A stretch of DNA of 58,448 bases, filler included, from Sphacelaria rigidula (taxonomy: Eukaryota): assembly GCA_964200075.2 (NCBI GenBank). It is 8 parts of 8 records of this genome, joined end to end, with 100 filler letters (N's around TTAATTAATTAA, not from the genome) between each part and the next. Parts side by side here need not be neighbours in the genome. Positions count along the whole stretch, not along the records: positions 21,958 to 29,176 come from CAXNAA020015906.1; positions 29,277 to 36,494 come from CAXNAA020015907.1; positions 36,595 to 43,812 come from CAXNAA020015908.1; 5 more parts are not named here. One strand, given 5' to 3'. Under the pieces are notes generated by a model that worked only from the letters and a program-made list of their open reading frames with translations, made no database searches and had not been told where the DNA came from. Position numbers and translations under genes: made by a program. Shown here one piece after another: positions 25,711 through 36,954 of this stretch (the stretch's first letter is position 1; the number at the start of each line of letters is the position of its first letter).

Positions 25711-25847
25711 CACACCCTGGACAATATATTCTATTATCAGAAAGTGTACTGCGCACTGTATGGAATCTATTGTCTATTGCAATAGACGCAATAGTCGATA
25801 CTGTGTGCAGTATATTTTCCATCATGTATTCTATTGTCCAGGGTGTG
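25711..25847. mobile_element. hAT-like MITE, family C (intronic)
   Basis: Perfect 16-bp TIRs CACACCCTGGACAATA / TATTGTCCAGGGTGTG; 8-bp flanks AAACGTGT / AAACATAT (6 of 8 match). Confidence 0.8.
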
Positions 25848-26956
25848 AAACATATCGTCAGTGAGGGTAGGTGCATGCAGTGAGAGGGAAGCTGTTCGGC
25901 TATAGCGTCGGGATTGACCACACCGAAAGTAAGCCGGTGATAGTGTTTCGGAAGGAGGCTGGCTGTGTCGTGTTGCCGCAAAGATGAACAACGGTTGTTG
26001 GCCCAACAGAGCGATAAAACACAACGTACATTCACTCGCACTACAGTAAAAATGAAAGACAGCGAAAAATGTGCCACAAACAGTTCACGCCGGGGTCGAT
26101 GCACGCAACCCTCCTTTCTTGCATCCAAATTTCTCCCATGTGTCTTCGTCTGTGGCCGCTGCTGCTTTCATTAATTCATTCATTCATCCATCCATTCATG
26201 TTTGGTGATTTATCATCTTTTGTTACATTTGGGTATTAAGAATATATATATTGATTGATTGATTGATTGATCTGATCCATTGACTGGTTTGCTTAGTTCA
26301 TTGATTTAATTGATCGGTTATCGCACTTTAACTGATACCTCAGGGATCCAGGCGGTGGTCACACGATAGAGGTAGCGATAGATTATTAGACACGCAACAG
26401 ACCTAACCATGCTGACCATGTACTAAACGTTCGCGCTTGACTCGTGCTACCTTGTTCTGGCCAGTCAGGCAGTCACATCTTGAATACACTTGCCGCGTAT
26501 GTGTGCATATACACATATATATATATATATATATATACATACAAGCCGCACGGGACCCGGGGCTGCGCCCCGATCCCGTCCGTCTTTTTCGAGGGTCTCG
26601 GTATTCTTGTCTTGCCAAGCCCTCGTGGAAGCGCTCGTGAGAATATATCCTCTCTCGAAATGTTCATGCCCGCCGGAAACATTGCAGGACCACCGCGATC
26701 GCGCGTCCGTTCGAACGGTCGCGAACGCATGTGTACCAACGGACAAAGTAAAGTACGAATCCGCTAATCGGATCCCTAGCATTGACGTTGCCCCGAACAG
26801 TCATCTCCCGGGGCGGGTGCGGAGGAACTTGAACACTAAAACCAGCATTGAAACTCGTCGATGCCTCGTTACAAAGTATGCTTGTGAGTTTTGTGGCCGA
26901 CGATCCTAAGGATTGTACGTACAAACCCCCTAGAGAAATGAAACTAATTTACCCAC

Positions 26957-27176
26957 CTATGCTAGAGTGCAATACGCAGGATTGCCGGATCTTCGACGAA
27001 GTGCAGCTGCCATCAGTAGTAGTGTCCGTCACTTGGTCTGGATCAGCCTTATCGATATCATCGCCATCTTTATCGCCGTAGCCGACGTTGTTGCGGTTCA
27101 AGGTCGTCGCGTGCACCGCGAAGTTAGCGGCTGAGCCCCCAAGCAAGATTCGTATTGGTTCATCCACCAGAGTATC
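26957..27176 (-). CDS. PfkB-family carbohydrate kinase, internal exon
   Basis: TTTCCACAG| ... ATAG|GTGGGT; encodes DTLVDEPIRILLGGSAANFAVHATTL...SCVLHSSI, containing the PfkB GGxxxNxA motif. Confidence 0.72.
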
Positions 27177-27369
27177 CTGTGGAAAATTATTATGCACTAA
27201 TCATCAGCGAAAAACAGCCCGCGAGGGATGCAAAATGAATGAAATTTACAGGTGGAGGAGTAGTCCGCTTCGTACCTGACTGCGGAGGAGGGGGGGGGGG
27301 GTCGTATGTACTCATCATTATCTTGCATGCCGTAGTCATGAGATCACTGATCTCGCATTCCCACGAAGT

Positions 27370-27693
27370 CGGGACGGAGCATGCCGGGCTTTCGCCGGGC
27401 CAGGCTCGCATTCACCAAGCGCGAAGCGCCGTGATGTGTGCGGCGAGTCGCATGGAGGGTGAGCTGCACCCTGTCAAGATGTTTTCAGCCCGAAGCGTGC
27501 TGGTTATCTTGCACATGGATGACAGACTACAATGAGATGGTCCATTTTTTTGGGCTTCCTAGAAAGCCAGGACGGAGCACGCCGGATTTTCGCCGGGCCT
27601 GGCTCGCACTCAATCACCAAGCGGCGAGTCGCATGAAGGATGAGCTGCATCCTGCTGAGATTGTTCGGCCCGAAGCCTGCGGACTATCTTGCA
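27370..27693 (+). repeat. Two diverged direct copies of a ~130-145-bp unit
   Basis: GGACGGAGCA.GCCGG..TTTCGCCGGGCC.GGCTCGCA...GCGGCGAGTCGCATG.AGG.TGAGCTGCA...TATCTTGCA at about 27370 and 27569. Confidence 0.75.
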
Positions 27694-30600
27694 TCCGGGG
27701 GGAGGGAGGGATTCATATTCCAATCTTATCCTATCGCTTGTTGTCCTTTTCACCTTTTTCTGCATTGCAAAAGCTCTAGCACATGTCCCTAGCTCAGTTT
27801 TCTGGGCGACATGTTTTGCGTTGTTCCAGGGTTCCTTCCCTCTCAAACGTTTCTTCCCTTCCCATTCATTTCTCACCCTTCTTCGTATGTATCATTTCCC
27901 CCTCTTCTTCTGCTCTTTCCTCTGAGACTGACGGGTGCGTGTACCCCTGATTATGAGTACACCCCCCCCCCTCCCGTCCCCATGTCAAATCGCAAGGTGG
28001 AAGCCCCTGCCCTCGCAATGCGGTGTCCAGATAGCTGAGTAGCATATCTGTTTCCACGTCCTTGCTTCCTGTACGGCCTTCTCACCTAAAGCCCTGGCCA
28101 GGGGCTGTCAGGACTTTCTCTAGACCTGTCATACAGCAGCTCTGAGCCTGGCGTGGTCGTCTTCTTTTCTTTTCTTTTCGTTCTTCGGTTCTCTCTGTGT
28201 GTTATCTTCCTTCTCTTTGTCCTCCATTTTTCTCGACTATCCTCCTGTGGGGTGATAGTTTCACGCTATTTTTCCTTGGGTAGTGCTATCAATCCCTCTG
28301 GCCGCACGGCTGGATTCATAGCGGATGGCTTATATGCATTATAGTAATCAAACAGCTCAAGATGAACCGTTATTTCCCCGAAAAAGCAAGAGAACAGGGA
28401 CCCCCCCCCCCACACACACACATAGGGAACGCTTCACCCACCAACCAAGCGACTAGCCAACCATGGACAATGACTGAGTCGTGCCACGGCGTAGGGGTGC
28501 ACAAAACATTTCTGGGCCAACGCGCTGGAATGAGATCAAGACTCTCGCGCACTCATACCAGCAGTGCAGTTAGGACGAAGTTGCGTCTGAACATGAGACG
28601 ATCAGCTCGCAGGCGAACACCCTAAAGTGTGGGGAAAAAATGCATCGCTTTTTGTTTCACAACATCAAAAATACCTTCAACAACTTTGGCCGAAACAGAG
28701 CGTACCCCTACCGCACCACGACTCGTGAATGAATGAACTCACTTCGTATACTTGCATTCAACATAATCCCGGCCCCCTAGACGACATTCACGAGAAGTTG
28801 TTCCCCACGACCAACAGCTTCCTCAGCTCCCTGGTTCCAATGAGAAACTCTAGGACGACACGACCTGAACATGCTCCATCCTACATCCATGAACCCAGAC
28901 TCTGCAACCAGAGCACTGAGGACACGACGTACGCCAGCGAGGGGGAACAGATGGCCTTCCAACACTTCTTTTAACCCTGAGACAGCGACCCCCGGGGAGG
29001 TGGACTGAGTTGGACTCTGCCACATTTGGGGTTCAAAATAGCTATTTTCTCCCTGCACAAAACGCTTTGTTTTATATTCATGTAGGTGTTGGACATCAGT
29101 ATAGAAAATAGAGCCAGAGAACCCCTGACCGGTTTTGACCCTGTAGTCCATTATTATTATCATTATTATTATTATTNNNNNNNNNNNNNNNNNNNNNNNN
29201 NNNNNNNNNNNNNNNNNNNNTTAATTAATTAANNNNNNNNNNNNNNNNNNNNNNNNNNNNNNNNNNNNNNNNNNNNGGTAGGGTATGAGATGTCCCAAAT
29301 ACCGGTACCGGGTACCTAACTTACCGACGATGCCTGTGAATATTTCACACCCTGGACAATACAAGATATTTCCAAAATATATGAGTGTATCATAATAGAT
29401 AATCGCGATATACTGCCGGCGGAGTATATATTGGGTTCCTTGCACTGCACGCGTATTGCGCGTCCAATATATTTATTGACGTAGGGGGGCTGCAAACATA
29501 TCGTCCGCCCCATGCATCTTAGTACCATGGGATTGCACACATACCGTTCCATCAATATATATATATAGATTGGGACGATCTGGGCGAAGACGTATTGCAC
29601 GACAAATATAAATATCAGGGTCGCATTGGTGAGAACACATTAGCTGTTCAATATATATTGGGGCCGCGTGGGTGCCAATATATTGGTCGATCAATATATA
29701 TATACATATATTTGGTCGTAAGGGTGCGAACATATTGCCCGGTCAGGGTATCAGTACAAGTTTATACATCGTGGTAGTGTGGGCTAGACTATCTTTTATG
29801 GCAGTCGTCAATCTCGATTTTTTCAAACATCGGAGGAAAACGATTTCAGAACGATTTCCCCCGATTTTTGCGAAACATCTGGGGAAATCGTTCCGAGATC
29901 GTGACTCCCCCCGATTTTTTCGAGGTGATGCACGTGCATTGACGTACAACGGTAGGGTACGAGACATTTGATTTTTTGCAATCGCAGCAAAAGACAGTCC
30001 CGTGACAGCGCAGGGCGTGCCAGCCCGCGCGTGCCAGCTGCTGAAGCAGCTTCGCACGGGGTTTGACTAGCGGATAATAAGTGTTGACGCCGTAACCCTC
30101 CGCGGTGGTAATATTTCATGCTGCACTGCGCTGTTATGTGTATCACCATAACCAACGGTACGGTACTGTACTATCCTAGTCTGTTGTCGCTGTACTTTTA
30201 GGGTGTATAACATTGCACTACTGAACTCTTCTCGCACTCTGTGAGGTCATTGTTCTGGCAATACCGACTGTGCGATCATGTGATACGGCATGGCACTATC
30301 ATGTACTGTAATGACGGGCGTCCTAGAATGTAGTACCCCGGGGTACCACGGGACGATACTGCACTCGAAGGGTTATTCACCGTCTACCTGCTCTTCGGCT
30401 TCACGAGTACGCAAGACAGACAGTACCATACTCATGCTAAAAATGATGGTCTGGTTACAGAATTATTTCCCAAATCTGTGATGCCATGAAATGGTCCCCC
30501 CGATTTTGAGTTCGCAAATTTGAGATTCATTGCCACAAAAAATGATCTGACCAACATATCACTCACCCAGTAAACATTGGGTGGGCGCATTGATGTCCAG

Positions 30601-30894
30601 TATGTGTCCCACCGAACAATATCATTCAAGTACTGTACTCTGCCGCGTCCTAATCGTCATGCCGTCCAACGAGTCTTTCATTCAGTGCAATTCAACGAGT
30701 AAAAAAATCGATCTTTCATTGGCGTGCAGGATATATTTATACGAGAGAGCCGTTTCGAATCACTCCGAGAATGAAAAAGTAAGCAAGAGTATTGCGTCGT
30801 TCCTTCGGGAAACCTCGATGTGATTTTTTTCAAAAACGTGATCCGACACACGCGACCATTCGGCTGCCCCTAAAAATACTCTGTCCCGGTCAAA

Positions 30895-31200
30895 CTTTCG
30901 AGCCTCCAGAGGAATTAAACGCCTCTGGAGGGTGCACGGCCCTCCAGAGGGGTGGGATAGAACGCTTTCAGAGGCTTGTTTTGCCTGTGGAGGGCCACGC
31001 ACCCTCTGGAGGAACTTGGAGGATGCGCAGCCCTCCAGAGCACCATTTGTTTTGCTACTTTCGAGATATTTAGACCTCAGAAGTCACTGGAGCATCAGAT
31101 GCCCTCCAGAGGATTCGTTTAATGATCACAACTGAGTATCAAATATACTCTAGAGGGTATTTTTACCCTTCGGAGGGTCACTTTACCCTCGAGAGGATGA
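30895..31200. repeat. Cluster of quasi-palindromic CCTCCAGAGG/CCTCTGGAGG motifs (MITE-like subrepeats)
   Basis: About ten copies in both orientations within 300 bp. Confidence 0.65.
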
Positions 31201-32277
31201 AAATCGCGATAGATGATGTTTATGGGGGTAGCCGAATGGCCGCGTGTGGATTCATTAATTACCCGACCCTTTGGCTGTGAGGTTACGTTGGCTAATGAAT
31301 CGGCATGACTTTTACTTGAAACAATGCCGTTAACCGGAGCCAGCAAACAAACCACAAACGTCGAGGGTATTTCGCATTCAAACTTCCGGTACGTTTTGCT
31401 GTAAATTACTCTTAAATATGAGTAATGGCCTAGAAAAAATATACCTTCTCGTTGTGTGCCCAAGCAAGGTACAAAAAGATGGCCAGAAACGCGGAAGCAG
31501 CCAAACGCGCCATTTTCACCGCTTTCGCTCCGGGTGTTTCACGCACATCATTCGGGGAGGGCGTTGGCACCCAGACCTCGAAAGAAAAACGGGGAAAAAA
31601 ACATGTTAGTCGAGAGATATGGCCACGCGAAAACGGACATCTCGCCTCCAAAAACCGCTTACCTTTTGTAGGCCAAATCGCCCAGGTATACCTGATCAAG
31701 GAATTCTTTGTCAATTGTATCTTATCTGGGCCACCGATGGGCCGAGAACGTACCTTTGCTAGGCCATCGCCCTCTACACTGTACCTGATGCGGCACATCG
31801 CGTGCAAGGGACTCTACGCGCCAACTCCAACCATGGCGCCCACACATTTGACTCTTTTCCCGCTCATTTGCCGTTCACGGACGCCACAACGACCACGCCC
31901 CTTTCTTCCCGTAAATGGTTCCCGAGTCTCTCCGTATCGACACATTAACTGGGCGCACAAATCACAGCGCGTCGGTCTTTTGTGACCCGGTGGGTTGTGG
32001 AACACTGTTGCACTGTTGCGATCTCGGGGCTGCCGTCAGGGTCGAGCTAGGCATTTCCACCACCAACGGACGGTTGTCGCACCACCGATGGTTGATTCAA
32101 GCAACGGATACAGTACTGGTCATCACGCATATAGAGATAGGGACAGAACAGAAATAGCGTTCAGCACTATAGTACAGAGTGATGTGCGCCCAACGCAAAT
32201 ACTAGCGGAACGAGGCTAGTTAACCCCTTATTTGACCGCGAGGGTAGGCCGAGGCCAAGGAGTGGCGGAAAATAGAG

Positions 32278-35200
32278 GTGTTCGGCCAGTCGTCCACCTC
32301 TTCGCCAAAAGCTTTGATCAAATATGGCTCGAAATCGAGTGGTCGCGCCGCAAGTATTACTTGCCACCGCTGGGCCCAGGTCGGCCATTTCGCGCGCGAT
32401 TGCCCAACGTCTTCCGGTGGAAAGTCTGGGCAGTCTAGTGCCGCGCGCCATCAGCATCGTCAGCACAAGGGCAAAAGACGAGGTAATCGTGGTGGCGGCG
32501 GCGGATCCTCCGGCGATGGAGGGTCGCAGGCGAGCCCTCAGCAGCAGGGGCAGCAGCAGCAGCATCAGCAGCAGCATCAGCAGCATCAGCAGCAGGGGCA
32601 GCGCCGTCAGCATGGGCCTGGCTCCGGGTCCGGCGCCGCCGTAGGTGCTGTTGCTCTGCAGCGGACGGTACATGTGGATCCGACTTCTACAGAGTCGCAC
32701 ACTGCGCCGGCGCCGGTGATGGCGCCGGCGGCGACACCGGCAGCAACGCCAGGCGCGACGCCTGTTGACGCGCTGGTCAGAGGGTCGCCCAATTCTTGGT
32801 TTTCTGGCTGGGGGGCGTACCCGCCGGTGGTGCCGTTTGAACCTGCCGGGGCGTCTTCGCCTGCGCAGCTTGCGCAACCGTGGCGTCAAGTGGGATTAGC
32901 GGCGCATAGGTCAGTGGAAGAAGTTCCCGTGGAGCTTGCCGACAGATATATTCCGGCGGAATTATGTCTTCCGAATCAGCGGCAGCGTGGAGCTATTGTG
33001 GCGCGGTCTATGTTGGATTCTGGCGTCCATTTCACTAGTCTGCCGGTGCAGATGGTTGAGATGCTGGAGCGACAACTCCCGGGTGTGCCGCTGCGCATCC
33101 CGTTTCCGCTCGGGGCGCGGCAGGCAGTCACCGCGTCAGGTCAGCACGTTTCAGTCACGGAGCGTACTGTTCCGTTGCAGCTAGCCTTCAAGACGGCTCG
33201 AGGGCTGGCGCCGTTGCCTCCGATCTCGTTTGCGATTATGCCAGGGTCGGATGGCGTTGTTCTTTTGGGGCTTCCGACGCTACATGATCTGGGAGTCGAC
33301 CCGTATGTGCGGTTGAAGGACTCCATCAAGACGCGGCTGTCTCCGCCTGATCCGCGCGTGGAGACGGCCGCCCTTTTGGGCAGTCGTTGCGTGAGCTTGT
33401 CGGTAGATGCTTTTCAAGAGACTGGGAGGCAGGTGATCAAGGAGCAGGATGCGGCATGGAAACGCTTAGTAGAGCGCGGCTCGGATATGTTCATGGACCG
33501 GGCGGAAGAGGAGTCCGCTCGGGAGGTCGCGCTGGAGGAGAGCGTGACGGATGCTGTGGCAAAAGGCCTCAGCGTCTCAAAAGCGGAGCGCCTGTGCGGC
33601 ATATTGCATTGCCGCATCAACGCGTTTCGTCGTGCGCTACGGGGTGATCCCCCTGCGCGCGTGGAGATCATGCGTGTTCAGCCAAAACCTGAGGCGTCCG
33701 CGGTGAAGACGAAGCCGCGGCGGTACGATCCACTGAAGTTGAGTTGGTTGGATTGTGCATGGCGGCTCTTTTGGCGCTCGGGTTGGTGTTACGGAATTTG
33801 CAGGCGGGGTGGTCCAGTCCGGGTATGGCGTTTCCGAAGAAGGCTGCATCGTGGACGGAGGGCAGGTTGCAGGCGTGAGCGGCAGCGAAGTATCTGGTCG
33901 CTAATTCCGCGACGCTGTTCCATCCTTGTCCTGATTGTCAGGTGTCAATGTTTCAGGATGAATTTGAGTGCCGTTGGGGTAGTTTGGTCCTGCAGGTGCC
34001 TACAGTTGAAATTCAAAAGCCTGTGCGCGCTGTGGCTGTGTATGGTCCGTGTGAACCTGATGACTCGATGCCGTCCATATCTGTTGTCCGCCAAGCGCAA
34101 CGAAAATATTGGGGCCGAAGATGCGGACGTGCAATCTTTCGAGTCGGACGTTGGCACTGCTATCTTGGACAATGAAGGTCTGTTTCGTGTGCATGTGCAT
34201 GGCCGAAATGCTTTTGTGGATTCCGAGTTCTGACGAGCAGTTGCAGGTACGTCTGATGATTTGCGCGCACATGCGCGACGCCGGGCATCGTGGTGTGGCT
34301 GCGACGCTCGTGCGCTTGCAAGAGTGTTGTGTTTGGCAGGGGATAGAAACTCAGGTGCGCGAATTTTTCCGCCAGTATCTTCACTGTGCGGACTCGAGGG
34401 CGGGCGATGTTGTTCCCTGCCCGCTCGGCGAAACGGTCCATGGGATCACGCCGAATGAAGTCGTTCATTTTGACTTCTTACACGTGGGCGAGAGTGGCCC
34501 GCTAGCTTCCCAAGGTTTGTCGGAGGATGCTGGGTTTCGATACATTTAGGTAATCATGGTTGATTTGAGCAACTTTGTGGCTCTGGAACCAGTAGCAGTG
34601 TGTGCTGCTGAATCGACCGCTGCATCTTTGCTGAATTGGTGCACAACTTTGGGGGTGCCGCGTGTGTGGGTGAGTTATACCGCCACGTATATCAAGAATG
34701 CGATCTTGGCCCGATTGCGAGGGGCTTTGCGCGTTGATCACCAGTTTACGGTAGCGTATTCTCCGTGGTTTAACGGTACGTGCGAACGCATGGTAAAAGA
34801 AGTAGTTCGTGCTTTTCGCTCTATTCTACTCGAGCAGCGTAGAGCGGTTTCCGAGTGGGTGGACGTGTTGCCGGCGGCGCAATGGACGCTTAATACAGCG
34901 TATCGTCGTTGTTACGATAGTACGCCGTACCACGTGATGTTTGGTCGTGCCTCTCGGACGTATTTCTCGGTGCTGGCATATTCATCGGCGGGGGAGTGGA
35001 AGTGTGATATTTTGGACGATGTTCGAATGAAGAGTGCATTGCAAGGAGTCTTGGCCTTACAAGAACGTTTCCACGTTCAAGTGCAGGAACGTGTTGCCGC
35101 TGAACGTACGCGTAGACGTGAAGGGTCCTCGTCGGGGCTGGAATTGCCGAATTTTGAGGTAGGCGACTGTGTCTTGTAGCACGCATGTGTCGTCTGGGTG

Positions 35201-35617
35201 TCACGCCCGAATTGATGGCGACATGGACTGGTCGATGGAGAGTGGTTGGTGCTCACCACCCACACGTGTTTGAGATTCAGAACATTGTTTCAGGTCGTGT
35301 TCAGACCGCCCATATAGCTCGTTTGCGTTTTCATGCAAACTCGCAGCTTAATGTTACGGGTGATGTTAAGCACGTGTTTCAGCATGCTTTCAATTAGGGG
35401 CAATTTCAGATGGCTGGTATTGTCCAAGTGGCAGAAGCAGATGATCGTTCGTTGATCGTGTCGGTCGACTGGGTTGGTTTCGAAGTTAAGCAGCGTACGT
35501 GGGAGCCTTTCAAGGATATTTTCGAGGCCGCTCTAAAAATTTCCGACGAAGGAGTTGCGTAAATTTCGCGTGACTCGTGCCGTTGCTGCTCGTATTACGA
35601 GTGAGTTTGCTATTTAA
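32278..35617 (+). pseudogene. Ty3/Gypsy chromovirus gag-pol remnant with RT core and most of RNase H deleted
   Basis: Degenerate Gag zinc knuckle CHRWAQVGHFARDC; protease MLDSG...LLGLPTL; RT entry WSSPGMAFPKK fused directly to the RT-RNase H linker (WTEGRLQA*...TLFHPCP); integrase zinc-binding AHMRDAGHRG...QYLHC; rve core (VVHFDFL, AYSPWFNGTCERMVKEV); chromodomain VDWVGFEVKQRTWEPFKDI at about 35400-35530; stops and frameshifts. Confidence 0.93.
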
Positions 35618-35697
35618 TTGTGACTTACTCATCGTTTTGGCGTTTTCCATGTGTCAAGCTTGTTGATCGATTTTCATCCAACGCGCTTTGGGGGTGC

Positions 35698-35952
35698 TGT
35701 GACGAAAATACGCCGTTACGTTGAGTTGGTAGTGATTATATGGATAATGACTGAGGGCACGGAGATTCTGGAGGGTTCTGGATAATGACCGGGGACACGG
35801 ATATAGTATCTGCAGGTCTAGCTGGTGCCCTGGAAGGTAATTCCTGAGAAATGAGAATGTTGTAAAGGCTGACAACTGAAACTGAGGCCAGTAAGATTGG
35901 GGAGAGCCTCAACGGCGGTGATCCAACAGTGCTTCCACTGACTGGCGTCACA
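35698..35952 (+). mobile_element. 3' LTR (255 bp) of the chromovirus
   Basis: Starts TGTGACG right after a G-rich PPT-like tract (TTTGGGGGTGC) and ends with the exact inverse CGTCACA. Confidence 0.75.
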
Positions 35953-36033
35953 AACCCTGACCCTAACCCTAACCATAGGGATGTTCAAATTCAGATGCGG
36001 TCCTCTAAGCACGCTGTCCTCTCACGCATTACA
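35953..36033 (-). mobile_element. Half copy of the telomere-repeat MITE, truncated in its (CCCTAA)n tract at the LTR end
   Basis: AACCCTGACCCTAACCCTAACC followed by the TIR GATGCGGTCCTCTAAGCACGCTGTCCTCTCACGCATTACA. Confidence 0.8.
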
Positions 36034-36145
36034 CTCGGACGAGGGACTACACAGATGTATACGTTTGACTGAATTCCTTGTAATTGGCCTGATATGTTTG
36101 CGCTCCGGGGACACACGTACCCCGCACGGTAACCCCCGGTGAATT

Positions 36146-36354
36146 GTAATGCGTGAGAGGACCGCGGGCTTAGAGGATCGCATCGGAATTCCAACATCCC
36201 TATGGTTAGGTTTAGGGTCAGGGTTAGGGTTAGGGTTATAGTCAGGGGCGTAGTACCTGCAGGGACTGGCCCGATTGGTTTTGAAAAACGTCGATCCTGA
36301 GGTGTTTTGAACTACGGTGCGGTCCTCTAAGCACGCGATCCTCCCACGCATTAC
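36146..36354 (+). mobile_element. Telomere-repeat MITE, copy 2 (complete)
   Basis: Same TIRs and internal GGTTAGGTTTAGGGTCAGGGTTAGGGTTAGGG as 18912-19113. Confidence 0.87.
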
Positions 36355-36594
36355 AGAGTGACCCTCGGTAACAAAGTTTTCGTAAGATTGAGAGTAGATA
36401 ATGCGATTGAGAGTGAAAAGCAGCCAATTAACAGCCGATTTTAAAATTTGGGGTTCATACAAAATATGGGGTTGAAGTGGCATATATGTCTTGCNNNNNN
36501 NNNNNNNNNNNNNNNNNNNNNNNNNNNNNNNNNNNNNNTTAATTAATTAANNNNNNNNNNNNNNNNNNNNNNNNNNNNNNNNNNNNNNNNNNNN

Positions 36595-36954
36595 ATCATT
36601 TATGTAATTAGTTCACCCATGTTTGCCCACTCACACATAACACACACATACTGAACCAACACTGAATCAGAACGAACACTGAATCAAGTGGGGTAGTCAT
36701 TCCTGGGGAAAACGCTCACACAAAATGACATGTCATAATCTCATCTCTTCGCCACGCAAGAAAGCGTGTGCCGCCCCAGCAGATATGCACTGCAACCACT
36801 ACATCGGGCATACCTTAAATAACAGAATTATCTCTTATTCGTATTTCCCCTGTCGTATTTCCCCTGTATGTCATGATCCAATCTCCATATCCATTTCCCT
36901 TGCATCCAGGTAGATGTACAGCTACAATCCTTGAGCGGAAGTATATTCGTTTAG
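36595..36954 (+). repeat. Near-identical ~360-bp dispersed repeat, second copy at 41548-41907
   Basis: ATCATTTATGTAATTAG...CCTTGAGCGGAA.TATATTCG repeated with only scattered substitutions; the contig starts inside it. Confidence 0.95.

Noticed and set aside
35953..36240. True chromosome telomere
   Set aside because: Only 4-5 degenerate units, internal to contigs and bounded by MITE TIRs.
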